Assembly: GCA_023269715.1 (NCBI GenBank)
Contig: JAGDVO010000001.1
Location: forward strand, 33,532-97,531
Direction: 5' to 3'
DNA from: Thermosulfidibacter sp.
GTDB lineage: Bacteria > Thermosulfidibacterota > Thermosulfidibacteria > Thermosulfidibacterales > Thermosulfidibacteraceae
Length of the DNA stretch: 64,000 bases
Below, in pieces: positions 21,207 to 31,767 of this stretch (the first letter of the stretch is position 1; the number at the start of each line of letters is the position of its first letter). The notes under the pieces are model-generated. The model worked only from the letters and a program-made list of their open reading frames with translations, made no database searches and had not been told where the DNA came from. The translations under genes were made by a program, and so were the position numbers.

Positions 21207-21769
21207 TTCACCCTCTCAACGTACTCGCCTGTTCTTGTATCTATCCTAACGACGTCACCTGCAGAAATGAAAAGGGGAACCTGCACAACATAACCCGTCT
21301 CGAGTTTAGCAGGCTTTGTTGCACCAGTTGCAGTATCACCCTTCACACCAGGCTCTGTCTCAACTACAACCAACTCAACAGCCTTGGGCAGTTCTACACC
21401 AATCGCAACCCCCTTAAACAACAAAACTTTCACTTCCATACCATCCCTGAGAAAGTACTTATCCTGTCCCAGATACTCTTCGTTTATGATATACTGCTCG
21501 TAGGTCTCGTTATCCATGAAGTAATAATCTCCACCTTGGGAATACAAGAATTGCGATTTCCTTGAAACGAAATCGGCTATCTTCAAAACTTCATTCGCCT
21601 TATAGGTTTTTTCAATAACAGCCCCGGTCTGGATATTCTTCAGTTTCAACCTTGAAAACGCCTGACCCTTCCCAGGCTTTATATGCTCAGCGCCAACGAC
21701 TAAATAGGGTTCACCATCTATCTCTAGTTTCATACCCGTTTTTACATGTGCAGCATCCACCACACTCAT
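21203..21769 (-). CDS. efp: elongation factor P
   Basis: HIKPGKGQAFSRLKLKNIQTG (conserved loop) and three OB-like domains. 188 aa. Confidence 0.95.
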   Translation of the reverse strand: MSVVDAAHVKTGMKLEIDGEPYLVVGAEHIKPGKGQAFSRLKLKNIQTGAVIEKTYKANEVLKIADFVSRKSQFLYSQGGDYYFMDNETYEQYIINEEYLGQDKYFLRDGMEVKVLLFKGVAIGVELPKAVELVVVETEPGVKGDTATGATKPAKLETGYVVQVPLFISAGDVVRIDTRTGEYVERVK

Positions 21770-21780
21770 TACCGCCCCTC

Positions 21781-22014
21781 CTACTGAATCACGAAGGGCA
21801 ACAGGGCTACTATTCTAGCTCTCTTAATAGCCCTTGCTAATTGTCTTTGGTGTTTCGCACATGTTCCAGTGGTTCTCCTCGGTAAGATCTTCCCTCTTTC
21901 GCTTATATAATTTTTCAGCCTTGCAACATCCTTATAATCTATCTCTTCTATACCATCGGCACAAAACCTACAGACCTTCCTTTTCGGTACAAACTTCTTT
22001 TGCTGCTCTTCCAT
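21781..22014 (-). CDS. rpsR: 30S ribosomal protein S18
   Basis: [53 protein letters not shown]. Confidence 0.96.
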   Translation of the reverse strand: MEEQQKKFVPKRKVCRFCADGIEEIDYKDVARLKNYISERGKILPRRTTGTCAKHQRQLARAIKRARIVALLPFVIQ

Positions 22015-22061
22015 TTTCTACCTCCCAAGAATTTTATTACAAAGTTTTCAAAATATCATAT

Positions 22062-22457
22062 CTAAAATGGAAATTCATCTTCATCTTCTTCAATCTCTAT
22101 ATCTGTAAACTCTGGTTTAGTAACTTCTTCTAACCTTTCCTTGGTAAGACTTATGAAATTCACCCTATTTGCCACCACTACATGCCTTGCTCTTTTACCC
22201 ACATCCGTTTCCCATGTTTCATACCTCAGATAACCCTCAACAAGCACATTGGAACCCCTACTCAACATCTCATAGCATGTATCAGCAAGCTTACCAAAGG
22301 TCACAATATCTATAAAACAAGTTTCATCCCTATCTTTAAACCTTCTATTTACAGCAAGTCTAAAGGTTGTAACAGGAAGACCAGTAGGTGTATATCGCCT
22401 TTCAGGATCTTTTGTAAGATTACCGGCTATGATTACTCTGTTAATAAAGACTGGCAT
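22062..22457 (-). CDS. ssb: single-stranded DNA-binding protein
   Basis: NRVIIAGNLTKDPERRYTPTG OB fold and acidic tail ending DEDEFPF. Sits between rpsF and rpsR. Confidence 0.93.
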   Translation of the reverse strand: MPVFINRVIIAGNLTKDPERRYTPTGLPVTTFRLAVNRRFKDRDETCFIDIVTFGKLADTCYEMLSRGSNVLVEGYLRYETWETDVGKRARHVVVANRVNFISLTKERLEEVTKPEFTDIEIEEDEDEFPF

Positions 22458-22771
22458 TTCTTGTCCTTTATCCTTACGGTTAAATACCTCATAACATTAC
22501 TATTTATCCTATAGTTCCTCTCAAGCTCCTCTATAAACTCAGGGTTGGATCTAAAATAAAATAGCACATAAACCCCTTCTCTCTTCTTATTTATCTCGTA
22601 GGCAAGTTTCCTCTTACCCCACAGATCGACCTTTAGTAACTGAGCATTATTCCTCTCAATTATACCTTTTACCCATCCGATCGCCTTGTTGAAATCCTCC
22701 TCAGATAAATCGGGATCAAATACAACCATACTCTCATAACACCTTAAATCAAGATCCAGATTATTAGCCAT
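22433..22771 (-). CDS. rpsF: 30S ribosomal protein S6
   Basis: YESMVVFDPDLSEE...WGKRKLAYEI is the S6 pattern. The track start ATG 22798 lies upstream of the SD GGGAGG (22777-22782); ATG 22771 follows that SD by 5 nt. Confidence 0.9.
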   Translation of the reverse strand: MANNLDLDLRCYESMVVFDPDLSEEDFNKAIGWVKGIIERNNAQLLKVDLWGKRKLAYEINKKREGVYVLFYFRSNPEFIEELERNYRINSNVMRYLTVRIKDKKCQSLLTE

Positions 22772-22810
22772 ACCAACCTCCCTTTTGGTTTTTATCATCC
22801 CCGGTAGACC

Positions 22811-23164
22811 CTACGTCCCCGGAGAAAGGTTATTCCAAATCCAAATAACAAATGCCATACTGTAATTTCTTTCGTGACTAATAGAACATAAAAAACTTCC
22901 TTCAAAACCTTCTATTTTTATCCTTAAATCTTTACCCTTACCAGCTATCTCTATCTTTCTCTTTTCTGTAAAACCCGTCGCCTTTACAACAGCCTCTTTC
23001 AAGGCCCACCTTGAAGCAACTATTTCAACCTTCCTACCACTTAGCTCGATAAATTTCAACTCTTCTTCACCAAAAACCCTCTTTAAAAATTTATCTCCCC
23101 ACTTCTCCAAAATAGAAGCAACTCTCCTATTATCGACTATATCTATACCAATTCCTTTTATCAT
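22811..23164 (-). CDS. acpS: holo-[acyl-carrier-protein] synthase
   Basis: MIKGIGIDIVD...RWALKEAVVKA is typical AcpS. 117 aa. Confidence 0.9.
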   Translation of the reverse strand: MIKGIGIDIVDNRRVASILEKWGDKFLKRVFGEEELKFIELSGRKVEIVASRWALKEAVVKATGFTEKRKIEIAGKGKDLRIKIEGFEGSFLCSISHERNYSMAFVIWIWNNLSPGT

Positions 23165-24951
23165 TTGATTCTGTATATATAAACCCTTGTGATATAAGCT
23201 GATTCTTTCTTTCCACCTCTTAACCGCTTTGTAGTAAGAACTATAAGTTCATCATTACCATCACCGTAAATATCGAAAGAGTAAAGATCAATAATACCTT
23301 CAGGTAAAACCCTCTCATAGCCTACATCCTCAAAGAAAGAACCATTCCACTTATAGATCCTTATCGTACCAGCACTATAGGAATCAAAAAAGGCCCCCCA
23401 CTGGAAAGGGTTATTTCTAAATAGAGCTAGATAATAAGTCCCCCTAGACTTCAAGAGGACACCTCTACCAGGTACGGTAAGGGTATAGTCCTTATACGTG
23501 GCGTATTCATCCTTGCTGGGAATACCAGAAACCAACGTGTAGTAATAACGCCTTTCCTTAGGCTCTTTATAGAAGAAAGCGTCTCCTCTATTTCCGTACT
23601 GCCCGATTATGTCATTTAAAATATTGCCGCTTCTATCCCTTAGAACAACCCTACCCTCATTGTTTGTCAAAAAGTATAACCTATCACCGATAGAAACCAC
23701 CTCTACGCCCATCAAAAGTAAACCTTTAAGAAACTCTAATGATTCCCCTTTAGTAATAGAAGCACCCTTCACATTCACAGTATAGACAGGTTCGGCAAAG
23801 GGATCTTCGCTCAATAAAATCTGACCAAGACCAAAATACTTGCCACCAACTCTATAAAACCTAACAAAATCATTACTCTTTCTGATCAATTTAAAGCCTC
23901 TACCTGTAAATTTTAGGATATTACTCTCTATTGTAAAACCGCTTAAATCAGCACCAGACAGGATAATCTCATCCCTCCCATCACCGTCTATATCAGCAGT
24001 ATCGCAGCTATAGGGATAAAAAACAGACGCATGAGTATCATCAAAGGTGGGGATAAATCTATCACCTTCAATCCTGTACATTGTTATCCTCTCATCGGTC
24101 ACCACAATTACGTTAACCACCTTATCATTCTCAACATGGCCAGCACATACAGCCAAAGCCTTGTTTTCTATAAAGGGGCTCACCGCAATTATATCCTTTT
24201 CTAAAGTCACCTCCTCAAATTCTCTTTTCTTACCAAGAACAAACATGAAATCTCTGACTTTCTTGCCAGTATTTAAAGAGAGAAGCGTCCCATTAAAGAT
24301 ATAATCACCAGATTTTTCGTATACCCAACCCAAAAGACAGTATACGGGTTCCGGGTAACTACTATATTTTTTCACATACCTAGCAACAAAAGCAGGATCC
24401 ACAATACCCCTTGAGGCAAAATGAAAAGTACTTTCATCACTATATATGTTAAATCTACCAGTTGCGGTAAGTTCATCCTTCAGTTTTGCGTAGAAAGCTA
24501 AGATGTTAAATCCAGGTACGTTTTGATTAACAGGCGGGAAAAGATACAAAGGTACTTTAGATTCCGTAACTCTCATAATATCACCACTTTTTGCAGGCTC
24601 CCTTGTATACAGCTTAGCCATACTATAGCCATTCCCAACGAAATAGACCTGGGCAAAACCTATGTTTTTTTCTGCATAACCTATAAACGTTCCGGTTATA
24701 GGATGATAAAAGGGATAACCGCCTCTTGAAACAGATAAAACCATACCCACCTTTATTCCTTTTTCGATACCACCATCCAGTATCGCACTATCACCCTCAA
24801 CTTTAACCACCTTGACTTCAAGAGGTACAAAGTACTCGCTCAGACTAGTAGCTATCCTCTTAACCGAAGCTTCATCTATAGCATAGAGGATATCGATCCC
24901 GGATAGTAGAAAGGTAATAACAAAAAGTAGTATTAACTTTAAAATTCTCAT
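23161..24951 (-). CDS. secreted FG-GAP/VCBS-like repeat protein, function unknown (paralogue 1)
   Basis: Signal peptide [24 protein letters not shown], an N-terminal small beta domain, and Ca-loop-like DIDGDGRDEIILSG and DIYGDGNDELIVL. ATGA overlaps with fabZ and acpS. Colinear distant similarity to ORF 50815-52590. Confidence 0.6.
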   Translation of the reverse strand: MRILKLILLFVITFLLSGIDILYAIDEASVKRIATSLSEYFVPLEVKVVKVEGDSAILDGGIEKGIKVGMVLSVSRGGYPFYHPITGTFIGYAEKNIGFAQVYFVGNGYSMAKLYTREPAKSGDIMRVTESKVPLYLFPPVNQNVPGFNILAFYAKLKDELTATGRFNIYSDESTFHFASRGIVDPAFVARYVKKYSSYPEPVYCLLGWVYEKSGDYIFNGTLLSLNTGKKVRDFMFVLGKKREFEEVTLEKDIIAVSPFIENKALAVCAGHVENDKVVNVIVVTDERITMYRIEGDRFIPTFDDTHASVFYPYSCDTADIDGDGRDEIILSGADLSGFTIESNILKFTGRGFKLIRKSNDFVRFYRVGGKYFGLGQILLSEDPFAEPVYTVNVKGASITKGESLEFLKGLLLMGVEVVSIGDRLYFLTNNEGRVVLRDRSGNILNDIIGQYGNRGDAFFYKEPKERRYYYTLVSGIPSKDEYATYKDYTLTVPGRGVLLKSRGTYYLALFRNNPFQWGAFFDSYSAGTIRIYKWNGSFFEDVGYERVLPEGIIDLYSFDIYGDGNDELIVLTTKRLRGGKKESAYITRVYIYRIK

Positions 24952-25388
24952 CTTTTAACTATACAAGCTTTGAGGTTTGCAGTACATACAATATCATCTT
25001 CCACAGTTGCCCTACCTTCCATAAAACAGAAGGGCCCCTTTCTTCTCCTAACCCATCCCTCTAGGACGAGAACGTCCCCAGGCCTCACCACTCTCTTAAA
25101 TCTCACTTTCTCGATTCCAGCAAAATACACAAGACTGTTCTTTCTCTCATCCATGTCCATAGCATCAGCTATTATTATTCCACCTGCCTGGGCAAGAGCC
25201 TCAACAACAAGAACACCAGGCATAACTGGATATTCTGGAAAATGCCCATTAAAAAACGGTTCGTTTATAGTAACACACTTTATAGCCTTTATATATTCAC
25301 CCCTTTTCAATTCCAAAACTCTGTCCACAAGGAGAAAGGGATATCTATGCGGAAGCAGATCGAATATTTCTCTTATATCAATCACCAC
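24948..25388 (-). CDS. fabZ: 3-hydroxyacyl-ACP dehydratase FabZ
   Basis: [36 protein letters not shown]. Confidence 0.96.
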   Translation of the reverse strand: MVIDIREIFDLLPHRYPFLLVDRVLELKRGEYIKAIKCVTINEPFFNGHFPEYPVMPGVLVVEALAQAGGIIIADAMDMDERKNSLVYFAGIEKVRFKRVVRPGDVLVLEGWVRRRKGPFCFMEGRATVEDDIVCTANLKACIVKR

Positions 25389-26373
25389 TTCCCCTCCTTA
25401 GCTTTGAATATATCTCGGGTAACTTTGATATTATAGCTTGCACTCTCTTCCACTTTGAAGCGCTAATCGCAGGAATACCCGCCAAAACCTCACCATCCTT
25501 CACTCTACCAGAAACACCACTTTTTGCAGCAACCTTAACACTATCACCTATTACAGCATGATCAGCTATACCAACTTGACCACCTAGCATCACCTTATTT
25601 CCCAATCTAACGCTTCCCGATATACCAACTTGAGCTGCAAATACACAGTTCTCACCGATTTTAACATTATGTGCAATCTGTACAAGATTATCTATCTTTG
25701 TACCTTTCCCTATAACAGTAGATCCAAAAGTACCCCTATCTATAGTTGTATTAGCGCCAATATCAACTTCATCCTCTATCACCACTCTACCTAGATGAGG
25801 GATCCTAACCCTCTTACCGTCGACCTCTACATAACCAAAACCATCACTACCTATAACACTACCCGCTCCTATCCTACAATTCCTACCTATCATGCTTCTT
25901 GAATGAATGATCGCTCCAGGAAAGATTATTGTTCCATCTCCTATAACACATTCCTTACCTATATAAACAAAAGGCATTATAACCACCTTGTCCCCTATCA
26001 CCGTACCCTCTTCTATAACAACAAATTCCCTTATAGTAACATCTCTACCGATCTTAACATTTGGGTAAATCACGGCATGTGGTGAAATCATAGGTTGATA
26101 GGATTCCTCCTCAAATAAGTAGGCTATCCTAACAACAGCAGAGTAAACATTATCAACGAACATCAAGGTCTTATCCTCAAATTCTACTTTGCTATCCTTT
26201 GGTAATAGAACTACCTTGGATCTAGTATCCCTTAGGTTACCATCAGCAAAGAAGGTCAGATCGTCCTCATCAGCCTCATCGAAGGAGGCAATACCTCTAA
26301 CGATAAGTTCACTATTACCTATCACTTCGGAATTGATAAGCTTAGCTATTTCCGAAACTTTGAATTCCCTCAT
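25378..26373 (-). CDS. lpxD: UDP-3-O-acylglucosamine N-acyltransferase
   Basis: N-terminal uridine-binding domain and a long left-handed beta-helix of hexapeptide repeats (IGxxxxIG periodicity). Sits in the skp-lpxD-fabZ context. Confidence 0.93.
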   Translation of the reverse strand: MREFKVSEIAKLINSEVIGNSELIVRGIASFDEADEDDLTFFADGNLRDTRSKVVLLPKDSKVEFEDKTLMFVDNVYSAVVRIAYLFEEESYQPMISPHAVIYPNVKIGRDVTIREFVVIEEGTVIGDKVVIMPFVYIGKECVIGDGTIIFPGAIIHSRSMIGRNCRIGAGSVIGSDGFGYVEVDGKRVRIPHLGRVVIEDEVDIGANTTIDRGTFGSTVIGKGTKIDNLVQIAHNVKIGENCVFAAQVGISGSVRLGNKVMLGGQVGIADHAVIGDSVKVAAKSGVSGRVKDGEVLAGIPAISASKWKRVQAIISKLPEIYSKLRRGSGD

Positions 26374-26374
26374 T

Positions 26375-26914
26375 CTACTTTTTCTTTGTCTTGCTATCCT
26401 GTGGTTTCTGGGATGCCTGTGTGATAATCTTCAAGATGTTATCAGAAATATCAAGTTCAGGAGCCGCGTATATTATCCTACCACCTCTCTCAAAGACAAG
26501 AGTGTATCCATTCACCTTAGCATAGTTTTGTATATCAGCTAAAAATTTGGTAACCAACGTTTGAGTTATCTCGCTTTCCCTCTTCATTATGGTATTCTGA
26601 GCTTCTTCAAGAGCTATCTGAAATTCTTTGAGCTTCCTCCTATACTGTTCCTCCTTTTCAGCCCTAGCACTATCCGAAAGACTCGAGCCCATCGTCTCAA
26701 GCTCTTTTTTGAGTTTATCTACCTCTGCCTTCATCGCGTCGAGCTCCTTCCTTTTGGCCATTATCTCATTTTCAAGCTGAGCTTTTGCCTTTTGCCCCTC
26801 AGGGGACTCAAGTACTATTCTCTGAAAATCAACAACTGCAATTTTCAGTTCTCCAGCCCACAACCAACCTATCAATAAAAACATAAGAGCAAAAAACATG
26901 AGTATCTTCCTCAT
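26375..26914 (-). CDS. skp: periplasmic chaperone Skp (OmpH family)
   Basis: Signal peptide, then a coiled-coil-rich 160 aa ([31 protein letters not shown]). Positioned between bamA and lpxD. Confidence 0.8.
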   Translation of the reverse strand: MRKILMFFALMFLLIGWLWAGELKIAVVDFQRIVLESPEGQKAKAQLENEIMAKRKELDAMKAEVDKLKKELETMGSSLSDSARAEKEEQYRRKLKEFQIALEEAQNTIMKRESEITQTLVTKFLADIQNYAKVNGYTLVFERGGRIIYAAPELDISDNILKIITQASQKPQDSKTKKK

Positions 26915-26932
26915 ACCAATTTCCCTCCCAAC

Positions 26933-29266
26933 CTAAAATACTGTACCAAAGGAAAACATAAACTTACACCTAGAAGAATCTCCGGTCTTTTTATCAATTT
27001 TACATCCATAGTCAACCCTTATAGGCCCAAAAGGTGATATATAACGCAAACCAAATCCCGCAGTTTTCCTCAAATCACTAAAGCTCGGAGAACCATCAAA
27101 GGCAGCACCCATATCGAAGAATACTAGACCCTTAAGATCTCCCACAAGATCGAAGAGGTACTCTGCATTAAATATGAGTTCCCTCGTACCACCTACCGCA
27201 TTGCTCCCTTCCGATGGCGTTGCCTCCTCATATTTCGCACCTCTTACAGTATCTTGGCTTCCCACATAGAACCTTTCAAATAGAGGGTTCTTATCGCTAG
27301 TACCCCATTCCTCAAGCAAACCGAATCTGCCCCTAAGATGTAAAATTCCTCCCTTTAAAAGAGAAGCAAAGGGTTTATAGTAGCTATACTCCATAAACAG
27401 TTTGGTATATTTATAATCTCCACCTAGACCGGCTAGTTTTAGACTAACACTTCGCAAGAAACCTTCCGTAGGGAAAACATTACTATTTCTTACATCCTGT
27501 GTTAATCCTATGATTATAGAACTAGCTGTACCTTCACCTTCTTTATAAACATCCTTTATAAACTGGGGAGCACTATCCAAAATATCCTTCAACTTCGACC
27601 TTCTAAATTCGTACCCCAGCGACAAAGTTATATAGGGATTAAAGACCCTCTTACCGAATACAAAAGAAATACCCGTACTTTCTTCAGTATAGGTATCATA
27701 CTCGTATCTCCAGTTAAATAGTCTAGTACTCAGAGATATCGGCTTGTCAAATAGATAGGGTTCAAATACACTCAAGTCATAGTCCTTTCTTGTACCAGAA
27801 ATATCAGCGGTAAGCGTTGCTCTTATCCCAAAACCAAATAGGTTACTCTCGCTAACTGAACCCATCACTCCTATCTTTTCAGTCGTAGAATAACCAGCAC
27901 CAAGCATAATACTACCCGTTGGTCGTTCCTCTACCTTTACAAACACATCCATGTACTTTTTATTTGGTTCTATCAGGGTACTACTTGGCTTATTCTCTAT
28001 ATTAACATTAGAAAAATACCCTAGACTCTCCAATCTTCTCTTAGCTATCTTTAAAGCCACAGAATCCATCTCTTTTCCTTCAGCTAGAGGTATCTCCCTT
28101 CTTATTACCTTATCTCTCGTTTTAACATTACCTGATATGAATATCCTACCAACGTAAAATCTCTCCCCTTTTTCTATTCTATAGGTCACCTTAACAATAT
28201 GGTTAACATCATCAGTATCTACAAGAGGCCTTACGTCAGCATTAACATACCCTCTTGCCCCAAAAGCGTCGGTAAGGGTCTCCACGTCTTTTCTCACAGT
28301 CTCCGCACTATAATATTCACCCTTCCTCAAACCTATCATTTTCTTAAGTTCATCTACTTTATAGGGATCCTCCGAGTCAACTTTAACATCCACGTTGATA
28401 ACCTTGTATCTATGTCCCTCCTCTATAGGCACCTTTATATAGATTCTATCACCCTTTATATCCACTATAGGGTCACCAACCTGAGCTTTTAAAAATCCCT
28501 TATCCTTGTAATACTGTCTTATCTTCATTATATCAGCATTGAGAAGATCCTCTATATAATAGAATGTCGCTGGTTTACCCATAAACTGCTTTATAAAAAC
28601 TGTTATGGTACTGAATAAGGTCTTTTCCTTTGTCATCATCTGTTCTTTCAATTCGGAAGAACTTATAGCTTTATTACCAATGAACTCTACTTTCGCTACA
28701 CTCGCCTTTTTACCTTCGTTAATCTTGTACGTAAGATCCACATAATTCTCGAATTTGGCTGTAAGTACATCCACCTTTACATTATAGTATCCCTTTGCCT
28801 GGTACATCTGCTTTATCTTATTTACATTCTCCCTAACAACCTTTTCATTAAAGAGATTATACTTGAACTGGGTCAGTTCCTTCCTTATATCCGCTTCCTT
28901 TATAGCCTTATTACCCTCAATAGTCACTTTTCTGACGACTGGTTCCTCTTTGACTATATAAGTTAGCTTCACACCACCTTCAAATGGCTCAAGATCAACT
29001 TCTACTGTCTCAAAGAAACCTGTATCATAGAGTTTTTTCACATCTTCCCTTACCTTCTCTATAGAAAAAGGCATCCCTTCCTTCATTGAGATATTAAACA
29101 TTATAGTATCCTTATCTATCCTGGAATTTCCCTTAACATCTACACCCTTCACTATTGGAACGGCCAAATCTTCTCCCAAAACCGGAGAAATAAAAAGAAA
29201 GAATAATAAAGACACTAAGAACAAAACTAAATTGAAATAAGATCTTCTAAAGGCTATACTCTCCAC
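26933..29266 (-). CDS. bamA: outer membrane protein assembly factor BamA
   Basis: Signal peptide, POTRA repeats (I.V.GN.....I), and a C-terminal Omp85 barrel ending FMFSFGTVF. Confidence 0.94.
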   Translation of the reverse strand: MESIAFRRSYFNLVLFLVSLLFFLFISPVLGEDLAVPIVKGVDVKGNSRIDKDTIMFNISMKEGMPFSIEKVREDVKKLYDTGFFETVEVDLEPFEGGVKLTYIVKEEPVVRKVTIEGNKAIKEADIRKELTQFKYNLFNEKVVRENVNKIKQMYQAKGYYNVKVDVLTAKFENYVDLTYKINEGKKASVAKVEFIGNKAISSSELKEQMMTKEKTLFSTITVFIKQFMGKPATFYYIEDLLNADIMKIRQYYKDKGFLKAQVGDPIVDIKGDRIYIKVPIEEGHRYKVINVDVKVDSEDPYKVDELKKMIGLRKGEYYSAETVRKDVETLTDAFGARGYVNADVRPLVDTDDVNHIVKVTYRIEKGERFYVGRIFISGNVKTRDKVIRREIPLAEGKEMDSVALKIAKRRLESLGYFSNVNIENKPSSTLIEPNKKYMDVFVKVEERPTGSIMLGAGYSTTEKIGVMGSVSESNLFGFGIRATLTADISGTRKDYDLSVFEPYLFDKPISLSTRLFNWRYEYDTYTEESTGISFVFGKRVFNPYITLSLGYEFRRSKLKDILDSAPQFIKDVYKEGEGTASSIIIGLTQDVRNSNVFPTEGFLRSVSLKLAGLGGDYKYTKLFMEYSYYKPFASLLKGGILHLRGRFGLLEEWGTSDKNPLFERFYVGSQDTVRGAKYEEATPSEGSNAVGGTRELIFNAEYLFDLVGDLKGLVFFDMGAAFDGSPSFSDLRKTAGFGLRYISPFGPIRVDYGCKIDKKTGDSSRCKFMFSFGTVF

Positions 29267-29267
29267 C

Positions 29268-31697
29268 CTATACAGTAGCCCCCTTTCTACCGGTTTTCCT
29301 TCTAAACCTTATATCATTACCAGTGGAATCTGCAACTATTATTGAACCAACAGGAAAAGCTCCAGCGATTACCTCCTCGGATAATGGGTCTACAAGATAT
29401 CTATCCACTGCCCTCCTTAAAGGTCTTGCACCGAGTTGTGGATTGTAACCCTTCTTAACAAGGAAGGCTTTTGCTCTCTCAGTAACTACAAGTTCGTAAC
29501 CTTTTTCACTAACCATCTCCTTAACTTCATTCAGGATTATCTCAAGAATACTGAACATGTGCTCCTTGGTAAGAGGATTAAAGATAATGACATCATCCAG
29601 CCTATTTATAAACTCAGGCGGGAATCTCTTCTTAAAGGCACTCATAACTTCTGCCTTTATAGAGTCCAAACTCTTATCTTCATCTTTGAACCCAAGTGTA
29701 ACATTCCTGAAGAATCCCTTGGCTCCTATATTGGATGTCATAATTATAACTGTATTTCTAAAATCAACAACTCTACCATAAGCGTCAGTTAATCTACCAC
29801 TATCGAATATCTGTAAAAGCAGATTGAAAACATCAGGATGAGCTTTCTCTATCTCATCAAAGAGGATAACACTATAAGGACGTCTCCTTACAGCTTCGGT
29901 AAGCTGTCCTCCTTCTTCATAACCCACGTAACCGGGCGGTGCACCTATAAGTCTAGACACGTTAAACCTTTCCATATACTCGGACATATCTACCCTTATA
30001 AGCGCATCCTTGGTACCAAATAGAAGCTCCGCTAACACCTCAGCTGTCCTAGTTTTACCTACACCAGTAGGACCGAGGAAGAAGAATACACCTATAGGCC
30101 TTGTAACTACTCTTAAACCGGATCTAGATCTCTTTATTGCCCTTGCTATCTTTTCAATCGCTTCATCCTGACCGACTATATACTTCTTCATCTCATCTTC
30201 AAGTGTAAGGAGCTTCTTCTCCTCACTCTCACTTATCCTTGTTAGAGGAATTCCGGTTATCCTTGAAGCAACTAATGCAACATCATCTTCCGTAACGACA
30301 AGATTGTCAAGCGAACTTTCGCTCTTCCACTCTCTTTTCAAATCTCTTAACCTCTTAATCAACCGCGACTCTTCCCCTCTAAGAAGAGTTACTTTCTCTA
30401 GATCCTGCTCTTCCATTGCTCTTCTCTTTTCTTCAACTATTCTATCAAGTTCTACTTCTGCCTCTCTTATCTCCTCAGGTAAAACGTAATTTCTCACCTT
30501 TACCATAGCACAGGCTTCATCGATTAAATCTATAGCCTTATCCGGTAAGAACTTACTCGTAATATACCTTTCAGAGAGTCTTACCGCACTCTCTATTGCC
30601 TCATCCGTAATCTTAACTCCATGATACTCTTCGTACTTCCTCCTAAGCCCTTTTAGTATAAGGATCGTATCTTCTTTTGTTGGCGGTTCTACTAAAACTA
30701 TCTGAAATCTTCTCTCCAATGCACCATCCTTCTCTATGTGCTTCCTATACTCGGACAGGGTAGTCGCACCTATTACCTTTATCTCTCCCCTCGCTAGAGC
30801 GGGCTTCAACATATTAGCCGCATCTACCGATCCCTCAGCAGCTCCTGCTCCAACAAGTGTGTGTAACTCATCTATAAAAAGTATTATATCTTCACAACTT
30901 GCAGCCTCTTTTATAATCGCCTTCATCCTAGATTCAAACTGACCTCTATACTTAGTACCTGCAACAATAGCACCAAGATCTATCGCTATAATCCTAGCGT
31001 TAAGAAGTGGTTCTGGTACATTCCTTTCGACTATCCTTTGAGCTAGACCTTCAACTATAGCGGTCTTACCTACTCCAGGTTCTCCTATTAGAACAGGATT
31101 GTTCTTCTTCTTCCTACAGAGTATCTGAATAACCCTCTCTATCTCCTTTTCCCTTCCTATTACAGGATCGAGTTTACCTTCCTTTGCAAGCTTCGTGAGG
31201 TCAACTCCAAACTCATCGAGTACCGGAGTCTTTTTAGCTTTTTCACTTCTAGAAAATATCTGCTCGCCAGTTATCTCTATTATCTCTGTTCTTAACTCCT
31301 CCGGCTCAACTCCCATCCTTCTAAGGATCTTGCCACCAAGACCTGTCTTTTCAAGGGCTATCCCTAAGAGTATATGTTCAGTACCTATATAATCATGACC
31401 AAGATCGCGCGATTCTTTCTCAGCGTACTCAAGAGCTTTCTTGGCATCGGGACCAAAGGGAATCGTGCCGACTATAAATCCTCTTCTTCCATATGGGATT
31501 CTATGTTCTATCTCCTGTTTTAGGTAACTTATGTCGACACCTAGCCTCTCAAGAGCAACTATAGCAAGCCCAGAACCTTCCTTTATTATTCCCAGGAGAA
31601 GATGAGCGGTCGTTAGTGCATCGTGCTGATACTTCTCGGCTTCGCTTCTTGCTATTATTATCGCTCTTCTTGCACCTTCACTAAAATTCTCAAACAT
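29268..31697 (-). CDS. clpC: ATP-dependent Clp protease ATP-binding subunit ClpC-type (two AAA+ modules)
   Basis: Duplicated Clp_N, Walker [10 protein letters not shown] and GPTGVGKT, and a UVR-like linker ([25 protein letters not shown]). 809 aa. Confidence 0.92.
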   Translation of the reverse strand: MFENFSEGARRAIIIARSEAEKYQHDALTTAHLLLGIIKEGSGLAIVALERLGVDISYLKQEIEHRIPYGRRGFIVGTIPFGPDAKKALEYAEKESRDLGHDYIGTEHILLGIALEKTGLGGKILRRMGVEPEELRTEIIEITGEQIFSRSEKAKKTPVLDEFGVDLTKLAKEGKLDPVIGREKEIERVIQILCRKKKNNPVLIGEPGVGKTAIVEGLAQRIVERNVPEPLLNARIIAIDLGAIVAGTKYRGQFESRMKAIIKEAASCEDIILFIDELHTLVGAGAAEGSVDAANMLKPALARGEIKVIGATTLSEYRKHIEKDGALERRFQIVLVEPPTKEDTILILKGLRRKYEEYHGVKITDEAIESAVRLSERYITSKFLPDKAIDLIDEACAMVKVRNYVLPEEIREAEVELDRIVEEKRRAMEEQDLEKVTLLRGEESRLIKRLRDLKREWKSESSLDNLVVTEDDVALVASRITGIPLTRISESEEKKLLTLEDEMKKYIVGQDEAIEKIARAIKRSRSGLRVVTRPIGVFFFLGPTGVGKTRTAEVLAELLFGTKDALIRVDMSEYMERFNVSRLIGAPPGYVGYEEGGQLTEAVRRRPYSVILFDEIEKAHPDVFNLLLQIFDSGRLTDAYGRVVDFRNTVIIMTSNIGAKGFFRNVTLGFKDEDKSLDSIKAEVMSAFKKRFPPEFINRLDDVIIFNPLTKEHMFSILEIILNEVKEMVSEKGYELVVTERAKAFLVKKGYNPQLGARPLRRAVDRYLVDPLSEEVIAGAFPVGSIIVADSTGNDIRFRRKTGRKGATV

Positions 31698-31723
31698 ATC
31701 CCTTTACCTCCTTCTCTTGAAAT

Positions 31724-31752
31724 AAATTAATGTATATGGCTTATATTGTCAA
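31724..31752 (-). promoter_or_regulatory. candidate sigma-70 promoter for clpC
   Basis: The minus strand reads TTGACA-N17-TAATTT, followed by AGGAGG and the clpC ATG at 31697. Confidence 0.35.
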
Positions 31753-31767
31753 AGGGTATGTGCAAAA

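Noticed and set aside
24948-26373. Absence of lpxA after fabZ, as evidence that the organism lacks lipid A acyltransferase LpxA.
   Set aside because: Only this 64-kb window is visible. lpxD, bamA, skp and a GT9 heptosyltransferase are present, so lpxA is most likely encoded elsewhere. The only supportable statement is that its usual slot is occupied by another gene.
31747-31767. A possible CtsR-type operator (GTCAAAGGGTATGTGCAAA) in the clpC upstream region.
   Set aside because: The two half-sites do not match the heptad GGTCAAA-N3-GGTCAAA spacing or sequence. TGTCAA is better explained as the reverse complement of the clpC -35 box TTGACA. CtsR is a Gram-positive regulator, and this genome is diderm.
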